Shown one piece after another: positions 27,861-35,623 of a DNA stretch of 64,000 nucleotides. The DNA is taken from assembly GCA_009778675.1 (NCBI GenBank), contig WRFU01000001.1:797-64796 (forward strand), read 5' to 3'. The number at the start of each line of letters is the position of its first letter. The stretch's first letter is position 1. The notes below the pieces were generated by a model. It saw only the letters and a program-made list of their open reading frames with translations, had not been told where the DNA came from and searched no databases. Position numbers and translations under genes: made by a program. Source of the stretch: Candidatus Saccharimonadota bacterium (GTDB taxonomy: Bacteria > Patescibacteriota > Saccharimonadia > Saccharimonadales > Saccharimonadaceae).

Positions 27861-28531
27861 TGTACGGTTCCTTTCACTAGAAATTGCATTGTTTTGAGAT
27901 GACAGATTATACTACTGTCTATCTCAAGTTGTCGTACGAATCTGGTTAGATTCGCAATAATTAATCCAGCCAACACTGTTGGCGGATGAATTACCGTTCG
28001 TGCGGCGCATGGTAATGACGCCGCTTCGCTATCATCAAATAGCCAAAACTGCTTATAGTGGTCAACGGCCGCTACGTCTGATGGTAAAACCGTTAAGAGT
28101 TGCAACTGTTCGCCGCCAATTCGTCCATCCATATACAAGGGGACTTCCCAAAAAGCTTTTTCGATCGCTTGCCAAATTGCTTGGCGGCTAGCCATTGAAT
28201 CTACTCCACTAATGACGATGCCGGATAAATCTGTTTCGGCCGTTACCGTTTCTGGATGTGGCACAATTTTGCAATCTGCTTCCATCCACTCGGCGAAAGC
28301 CTGCATGGCTTCTACCTTAAGCTTGCCAACATCACTTTGCTTATATACCAACTGAGCCGGTATATTATGTGGCTCAACCACATCCGGGTCCCAAATGTGA
28401 ATTTCAGGCACGCCCAGCTTGATTAACGGTAAAAATAATGCACCACCGATACCACCGCAACCGATAATATGAATCGGCCAGGTAAATCCCGCCGGGTCAA
28501 AGATATCAGTTTGATTGTGATAATCCGTCAT
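27857..28531 (-). CDS. minimal ThiF/MoeB/E1-type adenylyltransferase
   Basis: 224 aa with a Rossmann loop (IIGCGGIGG), DPDVVEPHN and GVDSMASRQ. There is no rhodanese or UFD extension. Confidence 0.75.
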   Translation of the reverse strand: MTDYHNQTDIFDPAGFTWPIHIIGCGGIGGALFLPLIKLGVPEIHIWDPDVVEPHNIPAQLVYKQSDVGKLKVEAMQAFAEWMEADCKIVPHPETVTAETDLSGIVISGVDSMASRQAIWQAIEKAFWEVPLYMDGRIGGEQLQLLTVLPSDVAAVDHYKQFWLFDDSEAASLPCAARTVIHPPTVLAGLIIANLTRFVRQLEIDSSIICHLKTMQFLVKGTVQ

Positions 28532-29141
28532 CGGCTCCTCCTAACTCGAAACAATATGGTGTGCTGGCATCGTCAGGCCTAATAGCTGCATGCTTAACGT
28601 GTCCAAACCAACCAACTTCCTGCCTAGTAACTTTAGTAGATACTTCGGCACTGCAATTATCGCTAAGCCTATTATCAGCTGATAATTCTAACTCAACGGT
28701 GATTGGCAAGGAAAGCTTAAATGGCCGGTAAATATCAAGCTGAGCCTGATACTCCCCATATTTATTGGTGACTAAACTCACCATCCACTCACATGGATAA
28801 CGGGCGATACACGCGTCATCTGTGGCTGAGAAAAATGCCGGCATATAAACGTGTGAATGCCACTGGAAACGCAGTAGCGCCGTATTTATACCGGCTTGCA
28901 CCATATCATTGATATGCCTGTGCAGAGCTTGGTCATCGACGTCGGTTGATACCCCTGAAACGGTTTGTTCCAGAATAAAAACATCGCTTAAGTACAGCGT
29001 ATTCTCACCCGTAATTTGAATATAGCCGAAGCCATTAATCTCATCGGGGCAAGCTTGTACATAGGCCATCATTTTTTGCCAGACTGCCAATGGTGTTATT
29101 AACCTTATTGGGTTAGTCGCTGGTATTAGTTTGTTCATCAT
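28506..29141 (-). CDS. JAB/MPN (JAMM) metallopeptidase
   Basis: 211 aa. An upstream Glu (DEINGFG) plus WHSHVYMPAFFSATD give the exact HxHx7Sx2D motif. Confidence 0.75.
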   Translation of the reverse strand: MMNKLIPATNPIRLITPLAVWQKMMAYVQACPDEINGFGYIQITGENTLYLSDVFILEQTVSGVSTDVDDQALHRHINDMVQAGINTALLRFQWHSHVYMPAFFSATDDACIARYPCEWMVSLVTNKYGEYQAQLDIYRPFKLSLPITVELELSADNRLSDNCSAEVSTKVTRQEVGWFGHVKHAAIRPDDASTPYCFELGGADDGLSQSN

Positions 29142-30429
29142 CTGTCACCTCCACGGCTTTGAATGCTCGACTTATATTTTCCCAGTCTCCTTCGTTTACG
29201 CTATGTAAACAGGCAATAGCTAACTCGGCGGCTTCTAAAAACTGGCCTTTAAGCTGGTGGTCTTTGATCTCTTGCAGGCGTCCGCCAAAACAGAATCCAC
29301 TCCCTTCTTCATTATCGAAAGAGTAATTTGGATATCTGCCGCTCAAAGATGCACACCTTAACAAGCGGCTGTAAACGTCGTTTGTATAATTTGGCCCGAA
29401 TCGTAATTCCCAGTCGCCAAAATCGTACGTTTTGCCTTGGTATGGCACAAGAACACTTACTTGAATACTGATGTTGTCGTTAATGACCCTTATTCCGCGC
29501 ACACCTTCAAAACTAAGCAGTTTATCGAATTCGTGCTCAAGCGCGGTTGCATCTAACGGCGCTTTGCTAGCCGCCGCTGGTTCCAATTGTTTCAAGTGTG
29601 CTAAACACTCGTTACGTTCCGCCTGCATTGATCGTATCTCTTTACCGTGATTTTCAATGCTGCGATCTAAGTTTTTAGCTTGTGCCGACAAGTTTTTAAT
29701 CTCTTGGCGGCAATAATCTGACCAACCAGTTTGGCGCATTTTTAGCCAAGCTTGGCGCGCTGCGTTAGGTTGGCTAACAAAATGCTGCCGATAATGATAA
29801 ACACCATCGTCATCAGCCCTGTCTTCTACCGTGTAGTCTTGTCGCTCGCGTTCTCGTTCTTCCTGCCGCGCTACTTCTTTGACATGACGTACAAAGAAGA
29901 AACTGGCGATTAAGAATGGCCACGCAACTGGCAAATTGAGGAAGATGAAAAGGTAACTCCATCCATCTCTCCAATCCAAATCCAACAAATAAGCGTTTTC
30001 TTCGTACTTGTAACGGCTTAGGGCAATTATTACGGCGGTTAGCCACGAGCATGCCACCATCAATGGAAGATAAATCTTCCAAAAAGTTGTCCAACCCACT
30101 CGTCGGCCTAAAAACGTACTGTCTTTTGCTTCAAACTGACTACCAGTCTTGGCTAGCTTTTTTAACTCTTTCGCATAAAGCGTTACATTATTGACGGAAA
30201 TTGAATCGGCCTTAAGTTTTAATGCCGATTTCGCAAAGCTTTGTCGTTGGTCAGCAGACATGTTGTTTATAAACTTTGCAGTCTGTGCATTATCAGAATC
30301 GTTGCTGTTTACTGTTACAAAACCTAAACCTCCAAAAAATAATAAGATAATGACTGCAATAATTAAACTAAACAGAAAAGGCATAAAATACTCATCTAAG
30401 TCATTATTGCCATAACGATATCTTGCCAC
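29113..30429 (-). CDS. membrane-anchored coiled-coil protein with E2(UBC)-like C-terminal domain candidate
   Basis: About 438 aa from GTG 30429, which is 8 nt after SD AGGAGG (the track start 30438 overlaps the SD). It has three TM helices, a charged heptad-rich segment (EVARQEERERERQ, EIKNLSAQAKNLDRSIENHGKEIRSMQAERNE), and a C-terminal domain with RYPNYSFDNEEGSGFCFGG. The E2 assignment is by motif only. Confidence 0.5.
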   Translation of the reverse strand: MARYRYGNNDLDEYFMPFLFSLIIAVIILLFFGGLGFVTVNSNDSDNAQTAKFINNMSADQRQSFAKSALKLKADSISVNNVTLYAKELKKLAKTGSQFEAKDSTFLGRRVGWTTFWKIYLPLMVACSWLTAVIIALSRYKYEENAYLLDLDWRDGWSYLFIFLNLPVAWPFLIASFFFVRHVKEVARQEERERERQDYTVEDRADDDGVYHYRQHFVSQPNAARQAWLKMRQTGWSDYCRQEIKNLSAQAKNLDRSIENHGKEIRSMQAERNECLAHLKQLEPAAASKAPLDATALEHEFDKLLSFEGVRGIRVINDNISIQVSVLVPYQGKTYDFGDWELRFGPNYTNDVYSRLLRCASLSGRYPNYSFDNEEGSGFCFGGRLQEIKDHQLKGQFLEAAELAIACLHSVNEGDWENISRAFKAVEVTDDEQTNTSD

Positions 30430-30452
30430 AAATACCACCTCCTAAAATAGTC

Positions 30453-30514
30453 GTGAACATATATGTTCACAGTTTCAGTAACTGCTGAAACTGTGATTAA
30501 GTACCTATAGGTAC
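30453..30514 (-). promoter_or_regulatory. three palindromes in the ~130-nt leader of the Ubl cassette
   Basis: gtgaacatatatgttcac (30453..30470, perfect 18 bp); cagtttcag-taactg-ctgaaactg (30470..30493); gtacctataggtac (30501..30514, perfect 14 bp). Confidence 0.6.
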
Positions 30515-30580
30515 GAGAATCAAGTTGTTAAGTTGCTCTTAAGCCACAGTAAAAAATAGCCATGACTCAGGCATGACATG

Positions 30581-30609
30581 ATTGTAGCACAGATTATGCT
30601 TATAGTCAA
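30581..30609 (-). promoter_or_regulatory. consensus promoter cTATTGACT-17-TGcTACAAT for the Ubl cassette
   Basis: The minus strand reads ctATTGACTataagcataatctgTGcTACAAT. Confidence 0.65.
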
Positions 30610-30640
30610 TAGTCATATACGCATTATGCTAAATAAGTAA

Positions 30641-30662
30641 GGGCGGATCTTTCGATCCGCCC
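30641..30662 (-). terminator. terminator hairpin after the SPFH gene (also the right copy of the flanking direct repeat)
   Basis: gggcggatc-tttc-gatccgccc, followed by a T-rich tract on the minus strand. Confidence 0.65.
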
Positions 30663-30684
30663 TAATTCCACATGGTTTGTAAGG

Positions 30685-31563
30685 TTACTTGGTTTGAGCT
30701 GCCACAGCAGAACCGTACGGTACATAAATGAATTGTACCTTGCCGGAATTGCCCAAGTTCTGCAGCACGGCAGCTTCACTACCGGGTTTGTTGAGTGATT
30801 GTGCTAATGTTTCATTAGCTAAGGCGGTTTGCTGAGCTTCCAACACCTTTTGTTTGGCTGTTTCAACATCATTTACCGCCGCTGTGCGACGCGCTAAGGA
30901 ATCAACAATTGTCTGACTCTTGGGCGAAATACGGTTGATCTTGAAGTCAACTATTTGGAAATAATCACCACCAGCAAATCGCGCAATGTCAGCCTCTAAA
31001 GTATCCTGAACGCTATTATTGATGTCCAGCATATTCTCGCTCGACGCCTGAATAGCATCATACTTTTTAGCTTCAGTCTGCAGGTCTGACATTAGTGGTC
31101 GGCGCACGATCTGTTCCAACATTCGTGACCAACCTGCATCGGTCCAAGCCGCAAATTTGATACCTTGTTTCTCATGAAACTCGCGTATCTTGTCGGCTTT
31201 TAACCTAAACGACATCGAGCAAGTTACGACTAAGATGTTGCCATCTTTAGCGTTGATTTCGATTGCCGCATCACTGTCTGCCTCACCAGCTTTACCTTCG
31301 CCAACGATGTAAGTTCGATCAGTGGCTGGGTAAGCATAAGTCGTTGTGAAGAATCCTTTGTAGAAACGCCCAGCACCGCTTTGTTCAGTAGCTCGGTAAT
31401 TGGCTTTGCCAATTGTACCGGTGCCGTAAACCAAAGTGTAGTTGCTTTGCTTTGCAATGCCGGTTGTGTAGAAGAACATAATGATGGCGATGACAACAAC
31501 AACGGCCGCGCCGATGCCAACCCCCATGCCATGCTCAGTAAAAAAACTCTTTACCTTACTCAT
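30685..31563 (-). CDS. SPFH/band-7 (prohibitin/HflC-like) membrane protein
   Basis: The start is moved to MSKVKSFF (SD GGAAGGAG 6 nt upstream). It has an N-terminal TM helix and an SPFH-like core, and ends in an Ala/Gln-rich helix (AAVNDVETAKQKVLEAQQTALANE). Confidence 0.55.
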   Translation of the reverse strand: MSKVKSFFTEHGMGVGIGAAVVVVIAIIMFFYTTGIAKQSNYTLVYGTGTIGKANYRATEQSGAGRFYKGFFTTTYAYPATDRTYIVGEGKAGEADSDAAIEINAKDGNILVVTCSMSFRLKADKIREFHEKQGIKFAAWTDAGWSRMLEQIVRRPLMSDLQTEAKKYDAIQASSENMLDINNSVQDTLEADIARFAGGDYFQIVDFKINRISPKSQTIVDSLARRTAAVNDVETAKQKVLEAQQTALANETLAQSLNKPGSEAAVLQNLGNSGKVQFIYVPYGSAVAAQTK

Positions 31564-31581
31564 CTGATACTCCTTCCAATC

Positions 31582-31603
31582 AAGTGTGCGTATACGCACA
31601 CTT
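31582..31603. promoter_or_regulatory. perfect 22-bp palindrome in the SPFH 5' UTR
   Basis: aagtgtgcgtatacgcacactt, lying between promoter 31703..31731 and the SD. Confidence 0.6.
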
Positions 31604-31702
31604 TTTTCATACCACGAAAAAAGTGGTACTTTCCGATTACCTGAAAACTTTCCTTACAAAACCATGTAAAATAACACTCAAACTTCTTGTTTGAGCTTAT
31701 TG

Positions 31703-31731
31703 ATTGTAGCACAGTCTACGCCTACTGTCAA
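31703..31731 (-). promoter_or_regulatory. consensus promoter cTATTGACA-17-TGcTACAAT for the SPFH gene
   Basis: The minus strand reads ctATTGACAgtaggcgtagactgTGcTACAAT. The -35 lies just downstream of the valS stop codon (31735..31737). Confidence 0.65.
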
Positions 31732-31734
31732 TAG

Positions 31735-34362
31735 CTAAGCTATACTTTCAGTAATCTCCAACTCATTTTTTAACCGTTGTAACAGTTTTTTGGCCTCGGT
31801 TAATTGGTGTTTGGTTTCTTCCACTAGCTCGCCGGGGGCTTTTTTAATGTAATTATCGTTATGCAGGCGCATGTCTAGCCGGGCGATTTCATCTTCTACT
31901 GCCGCTAGCCTAGCTACCAAATTAGCGTGGTGGTGCTTAAGAGTCCTGGCATCTATATCTAGCCAGGCTGCGTGCCCAGATACCGCTAGCCGCATACCGT
32001 GCGGGACATCGATATCTTGCACCTCAGTAATTGGCGCCAGTTGTTTGATTAGGCTGCGATTGGTGTCGATTAGCTGATCACTCTGGAACAACAGATTATA
32101 GCGTTTATTGCCAGGCAGCTGGTTTGTAACTAGCCGTACCTCTGTTACCAGTTGTTTGATAGACTCAAATTGTTTGGCTTCTTCGCTACCAAAATGCATT
32201 TTCTCTGGCCAATGCTCTTTAATAAGCAAGTTATCCGTCCAACTTAAGTTTTGCCAAATTGCCTCTGTTACAAATGGTGCAAAGGGGTGGGCTAATTTAA
32301 GGCTAGTTTCTAGCACGAATGCTAAAACGTCGGGATTAAAGGTTGTTTTATTGGCTTCTACGTACCAATCAGCCACGTCGTTCCAAATAGTCTGGTACAC
32401 TGCTTCGCTGGCTTCGGCAAAGCGATAGGCAGCCAGGTTGCTTTCGACACTTCGACGGGCGGCGTTTAATTGCCGCACAATCCAGTGGTCGGCTGATGTT
32501 TCTAGTTGCATATCATGTGGTTGATACGATTCTTCTAGTTTATCTTGCACAAACCGAGCGATATTCCATAATTTATTGCAAAAGTTACGGGCGGCTACCA
32601 TGTTGCTTTTGCTAAATGCCTGGCTCATACCAGCGCTGCGCCCCGCGATAATCCCCATGCGAAAGGCGTCACTGCCATATTTGGCAATCATTTCCATTGG
32701 GCTTACCACATTACCCTTGCTTTTACTCATTTTTTGACCACTTTCATCTAAGACCATGCCGTGTACGTATAGATCTTTCCAGGGAACTTGATTTGTACGG
32801 TACAGCCCCAGCATGATCATTCTAGAATCCCACGGGAACAGCAGGTCGATGCCATTTTCCATCACAGTATTGGGGTAAAAACGAGCGAGATCAGGGGTTT
32901 GGCCTGGGCGATTAATCGAATTTTTGCCCTCTTTAGGCTCGGGCTCTGTCTCGTCATCTAGATAACCAGTCGTTATAAATGGCCATTGACCGCTTGAAAA
33001 CCAAGTGTCTAGCGTATCTTCATCTCTGGTATATGTTGTGCCATTTACAACAATCTCAGTTTGATCAACTCGGGTATCAAAAACCCACTCTGGTGCATTG
33101 TCCCCTTCTTCAAATTTGCTGAACATCGGGATTGGGATACCCCAAGGTATCTGGCGTGAAATATTCCAATCACGCAAATTTTTGTAGTATCCTACCAGTA
33201 CCTTACCCTTATTATTGGGGTAAAATTTAATATCGCCGTTTTCGATAGCCGCTATAGCTTGCTTGGCCAGTGGTTTAACTTTAACGAACCACTGTTCCAT
33301 CGGTAACGGTTCGATGACGCTGCCACATTTATAACAATGCCCAACACTGTGTGTAATGGCCTTTTCGCCACGCCTTAGCCCTAGTTTTTCTAGGTCGTCT
33401 AACACTTTATCGCGGGCGGCTATGGCGGTTAACCCGCGGTAGCTATCCCCCGCTGCTGATACCATTAGGCCATCGAAACCAATCACTTGGATTCTAGGCA
33501 GATTATGCCGTTCACCCACTTCAAAATCATTCGGATCATGAGCCGGTGTGATCTTAACCGCCCCAGTACCAACAGTCATATCAGCGTGTTCGTCAGCGAT
33601 AATCGGGATTTTTCTATCTGTTAGGGGCAGCTTAACCTTTTTGCCAACTAGTTTAGCGTAACGCTTGTCTTTAGGGTTAACAGCTACAGCGGTATCACCT
33701 AGCAGGGTTTCGGGGCGAGTGGTCGAAATTACAACTTCACCGCTGCCATCGACTAGCGGATAAGCGATATCCCACAAATACCCTTTGTCATCTTGATGGT
33801 CGACTTCGATATCGGCAAAGCTAGTTTGGTGCTCGGTGCAATAATTAACAATTTTCTCACCCCTGTAAATTAGCCCATCTTCCCACATCCGCTTAAAAGT
33901 GTCATAAACTGTATCAACCACCTTTTTATCTAGGGTAAATACTAGGTCTTGCCACGAGCACGATATGCCTAGGGCGCGAATCTGTAGTTCCATATTGCCG
34001 CGTTGCTTGGCTACAAAATCCCATACTTGACCATAAAGTTGGTCACGTGAAAAATCAAACCGACTCTGCCCGATTTTCTCGAGTTCGCGTTCGTACACTA
34101 CCCAGGTTTCGAACCCAGCATGATCAGCCCCTGGTATATAGATAGTGTCAAAGCCCTTCATACGGTGGTAACGCACTAAAATATCTTTTAGACCCATTTC
34201 GAAACCATGGCCAATGTGCAGATTGCCATTGGCATTTGGCGGTGGCATTACAGTGCTATAGGGCTGGCCAGTACCACTTGGCGCAAAGGCATTTTCGCCT
34301 TCCCATAAGGCGTAAATTATTGGCTCATTTTCGTTTGGTTCGTAAGCCTTACTAAACTTCAT
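31735..34362 (-). CDS. valS: valine--tRNA ligase
   Basis: 875 aa with a HIGH-type motif (NGNLHIGHG), KMSKSKGN, and a C-terminal coiled coil. The ATG is 7 nt after TGcTATACT. Confidence 0.95.
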   Translation of the reverse strand: MKFSKAYEPNENEPIIYALWEGENAFAPSGTGQPYSTVMPPPNANGNLHIGHGFEMGLKDILVRYHRMKGFDTIYIPGADHAGFETWVVYERELEKIGQSRFDFSRDQLYGQVWDFVAKQRGNMELQIRALGISCSWQDLVFTLDKKVVDTVYDTFKRMWEDGLIYRGEKIVNYCTEHQTSFADIEVDHQDDKGYLWDIAYPLVDGSGEVVISTTRPETLLGDTAVAVNPKDKRYAKLVGKKVKLPLTDRKIPIIADEHADMTVGTGAVKITPAHDPNDFEVGERHNLPRIQVIGFDGLMVSAAGDSYRGLTAIAARDKVLDDLEKLGLRRGEKAITHSVGHCYKCGSVIEPLPMEQWFVKVKPLAKQAIAAIENGDIKFYPNNKGKVLVGYYKNLRDWNISRQIPWGIPIPMFSKFEEGDNAPEWVFDTRVDQTEIVVNGTTYTRDEDTLDTWFSSGQWPFITTGYLDDETEPEPKEGKNSINRPGQTPDLARFYPNTVMENGIDLLFPWDSRMIMLGLYRTNQVPWKDLYVHGMVLDESGQKMSKSKGNVVSPMEMIAKYGSDAFRMGIIAGRSAGMSQAFSKSNMVAARNFCNKLWNIARFVQDKLEESYQPHDMQLETSADHWIVRQLNAARRSVESNLAAYRFAEASEAVYQTIWNDVADWYVEANKTTFNPDVLAFVLETSLKLAHPFAPFVTEAIWQNLSWTDNLLIKEHWPEKMHFGSEEAKQFESIKQLVTEVRLVTNQLPGNKRYNLLFQSDQLIDTNRSLIKQLAPITEVQDIDVPHGMRLAVSGHAAWLDIDARTLKHHHANLVARLAAVEDEIARLDMRLHNDNYIKKAPGELVEETKHQLTEAKKLLQRLKNELEITESIA

Positions 34363-34430
34363 AGTTACTAGTATAGCAGATCAGTACAGTTGTCGTATTG
34401 AGCCTACAAGTTACCTAGAATTCTACAAAG

Positions 34431-34523
34431 CGTCATCCTGAACTTGTTTCAGCCGTCATTTTGGGCTCGTGAGCCGTCATCCTGAACTTGTTTCAGCCGT
34501 CATCCTGAACTTGTTTCAGGATC
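34431..34523 (+). repeat. three direct copies (plus one fragment) of the CGTCATCCTGAACTTGTTTCAG(GATC) hairpin repeat
   Basis: Copies lie at 34431..34452, 34475..34496 and 34498..34523, with a fragment at 34454..34460. The last copy supplies the GIY-YIG C-terminus (DPETSSG-stop). Confidence 0.9.
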
Positions 34524-34796
34524 TAGCAAATCTTTCCACTCGGGGTTAATACTCTCAATCAAATTTATTTTCCAGTCCCTGTGCCAATTCTTAAGCTGTT
34601 TTTCGCGCTCGATAGCACTCGTCATATCTGCACCTTCTTCATAATATACTAATTTATAGGTTTTATATTTACTGGCAAAATTTGATTTTATACCTAATCG
34701 GTGCTCGAGTACTCGCTTCGATAAGTCACTAGTAGTGCCAATATACAATGTTCCATTTTTTCGGTTCGACAAGATATAGGTGTAGGCTGTTTTCAT
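34500..34796 (-). CDS. GIY-YIG (URI) domain nuclease, UPF0213-like
   Basis: 98 aa with YTYILSNRKNGTLYIGTTSDLSKRVLEH and a typical size. It is embedded in hairpin repeats. Confidence 0.8.
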   Translation of the reverse strand: MKTAYTYILSNRKNGTLYIGTTSDLSKRVLEHRLGIKSNFASKYKTYKLVYYEEGADMTSAIEREKQLKNWHRDWKINLIESINPEWKDLLDPETSSG

Positions 34797-34818
34797 ATTG
34801 ATTATTTTATATCAAATA

Positions 34819-34843
34819 GATCCCGAAACAAGTTCGGGATGAC
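34819..34843 (-). repeat. inverted-orientation variant of the hairpin repeat
   Basis: gatcccgaaacaagttcgggatgac. Confidence 0.8.
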
Positions 34844-34927
34844 ACTATATGAATTCAGACGACTATTTCACGTGAAATAAGCACTACTTAATAATGCCTT
34901 CACGTGAAAGTTGTGTAAAACCACCTT

Positions 34928-34952
34928 GTCATGCTGAATTTATTTCAGCATC
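34928..34952 (+). repeat. divergent copy of the hairpin repeat
   Basis: gtcatgctgaatttatttcagcatc. A further degenerate copy lies near 34976..34999. Confidence 0.7.
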
Positions 34953-35048
34953 TAACTACCCTTTTTTTGCTATCTATTCTGAAACAAGTCCAGATCGACA
35001 GATAGAGCAGCCTCACTTTTTGTTTTACATAAGCATTATAACACAAAG

Positions 35049-35075
35049 TAAGCGCCCCTGGGTAGGGGGCGCTTA
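35049..35075. terminator. bidirectional terminator-like hairpin
   Basis: taagcgcccc-loop-ggggcgctta, a 10-bp stem. Confidence 0.55.
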
Positions 35076-35099
35076 TAAGTAAATGGATTTGGCGTAGAT

Positions 35100-35564
35100 T
35101 TAGTGCGGGGTCAACAGACTGTGTGTTTCGCTATCGCCGATTAGTTTAATCGTTAAAGCTGAATGATGTTTTATTCGCTCCATTATATCCTGATGTAAAT
35201 AATTCGATAAATTATCACAATCGCGGCTATCGCAAACAAAGATCAAAACTTGATTATCTGATTTTCCGCAATGCATCTTGGCATAACTAACGTGGATTTT
35301 AATAAAATCTTCATCACTCTGGAGCTCCAAGTGGGTGTCAATGACGCTTAGTTTGGTTTTCTGCCTGACGTTTTCACTGAGCAGTTGTTGTAAATATTTG
35401 GTCGCGTGGTTCAACGACTCATCGTGGCTCATAGCGTATATAGCTACTCGCTTGCCATTTATCTCTTCAGTGATTTCGGTTGCAAGATACTTCATGTAAT
35501 TAGGTCTGTCGCCTTCATCATCATCGTATCTTACAACGATAAAATGGGTTACATCGTTAGCCAT
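35100..35564 (-). CDS. hypothetical protein
   Basis: The start is moved to MANDVTHFIV (SD GGAGG 8 nt upstream). No recognisable motif. Confidence 0.45.
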   Translation of the reverse strand: MANDVTHFIVVRYDDDEGDRPNYMKYLATEITEEINGKRVAIYAMSHDESLNHATKYLQQLLSENVRQKTKLSVIDTHLELQSDEDFIKIHVSYAKMHCGKSDNQVLIFVCDSRDCDNLSNYLHQDIMERIKHHSALTIKLIGDSETHSLLTPH

Positions 35565-35623
35565 AAAATGCCTCCAAATACTTGAAATGTACAAAACAGG
35601 CCTATTTTATACTAAAAGCCGTT

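Noticed and set aside
27979-28191. Antisense ORFs inside the E1, E2-like, VirB4, VirB6, valS, groEL and rpoD genes (for example 27979..28191, 29813..30094, 30191..30415, 2257..2496, 6820..7464, 31871..32428, 46004..47020, 58469..58870).
   Set aside because: All are nested within, or largely overlap (46760..47020 runs 23 nt past the groEL stop), strongly supported genes on the opposite strand or in another frame, and they lack independent signals.
34894-35082. 62-aa ORF MPSRESCVKPPCHAEFISAS...
   Set aside because: It is a translation of hairpin-repeat copies (CHAEFISAS corresponds to the gtcatgctgaatttatttcagcatc repeat).
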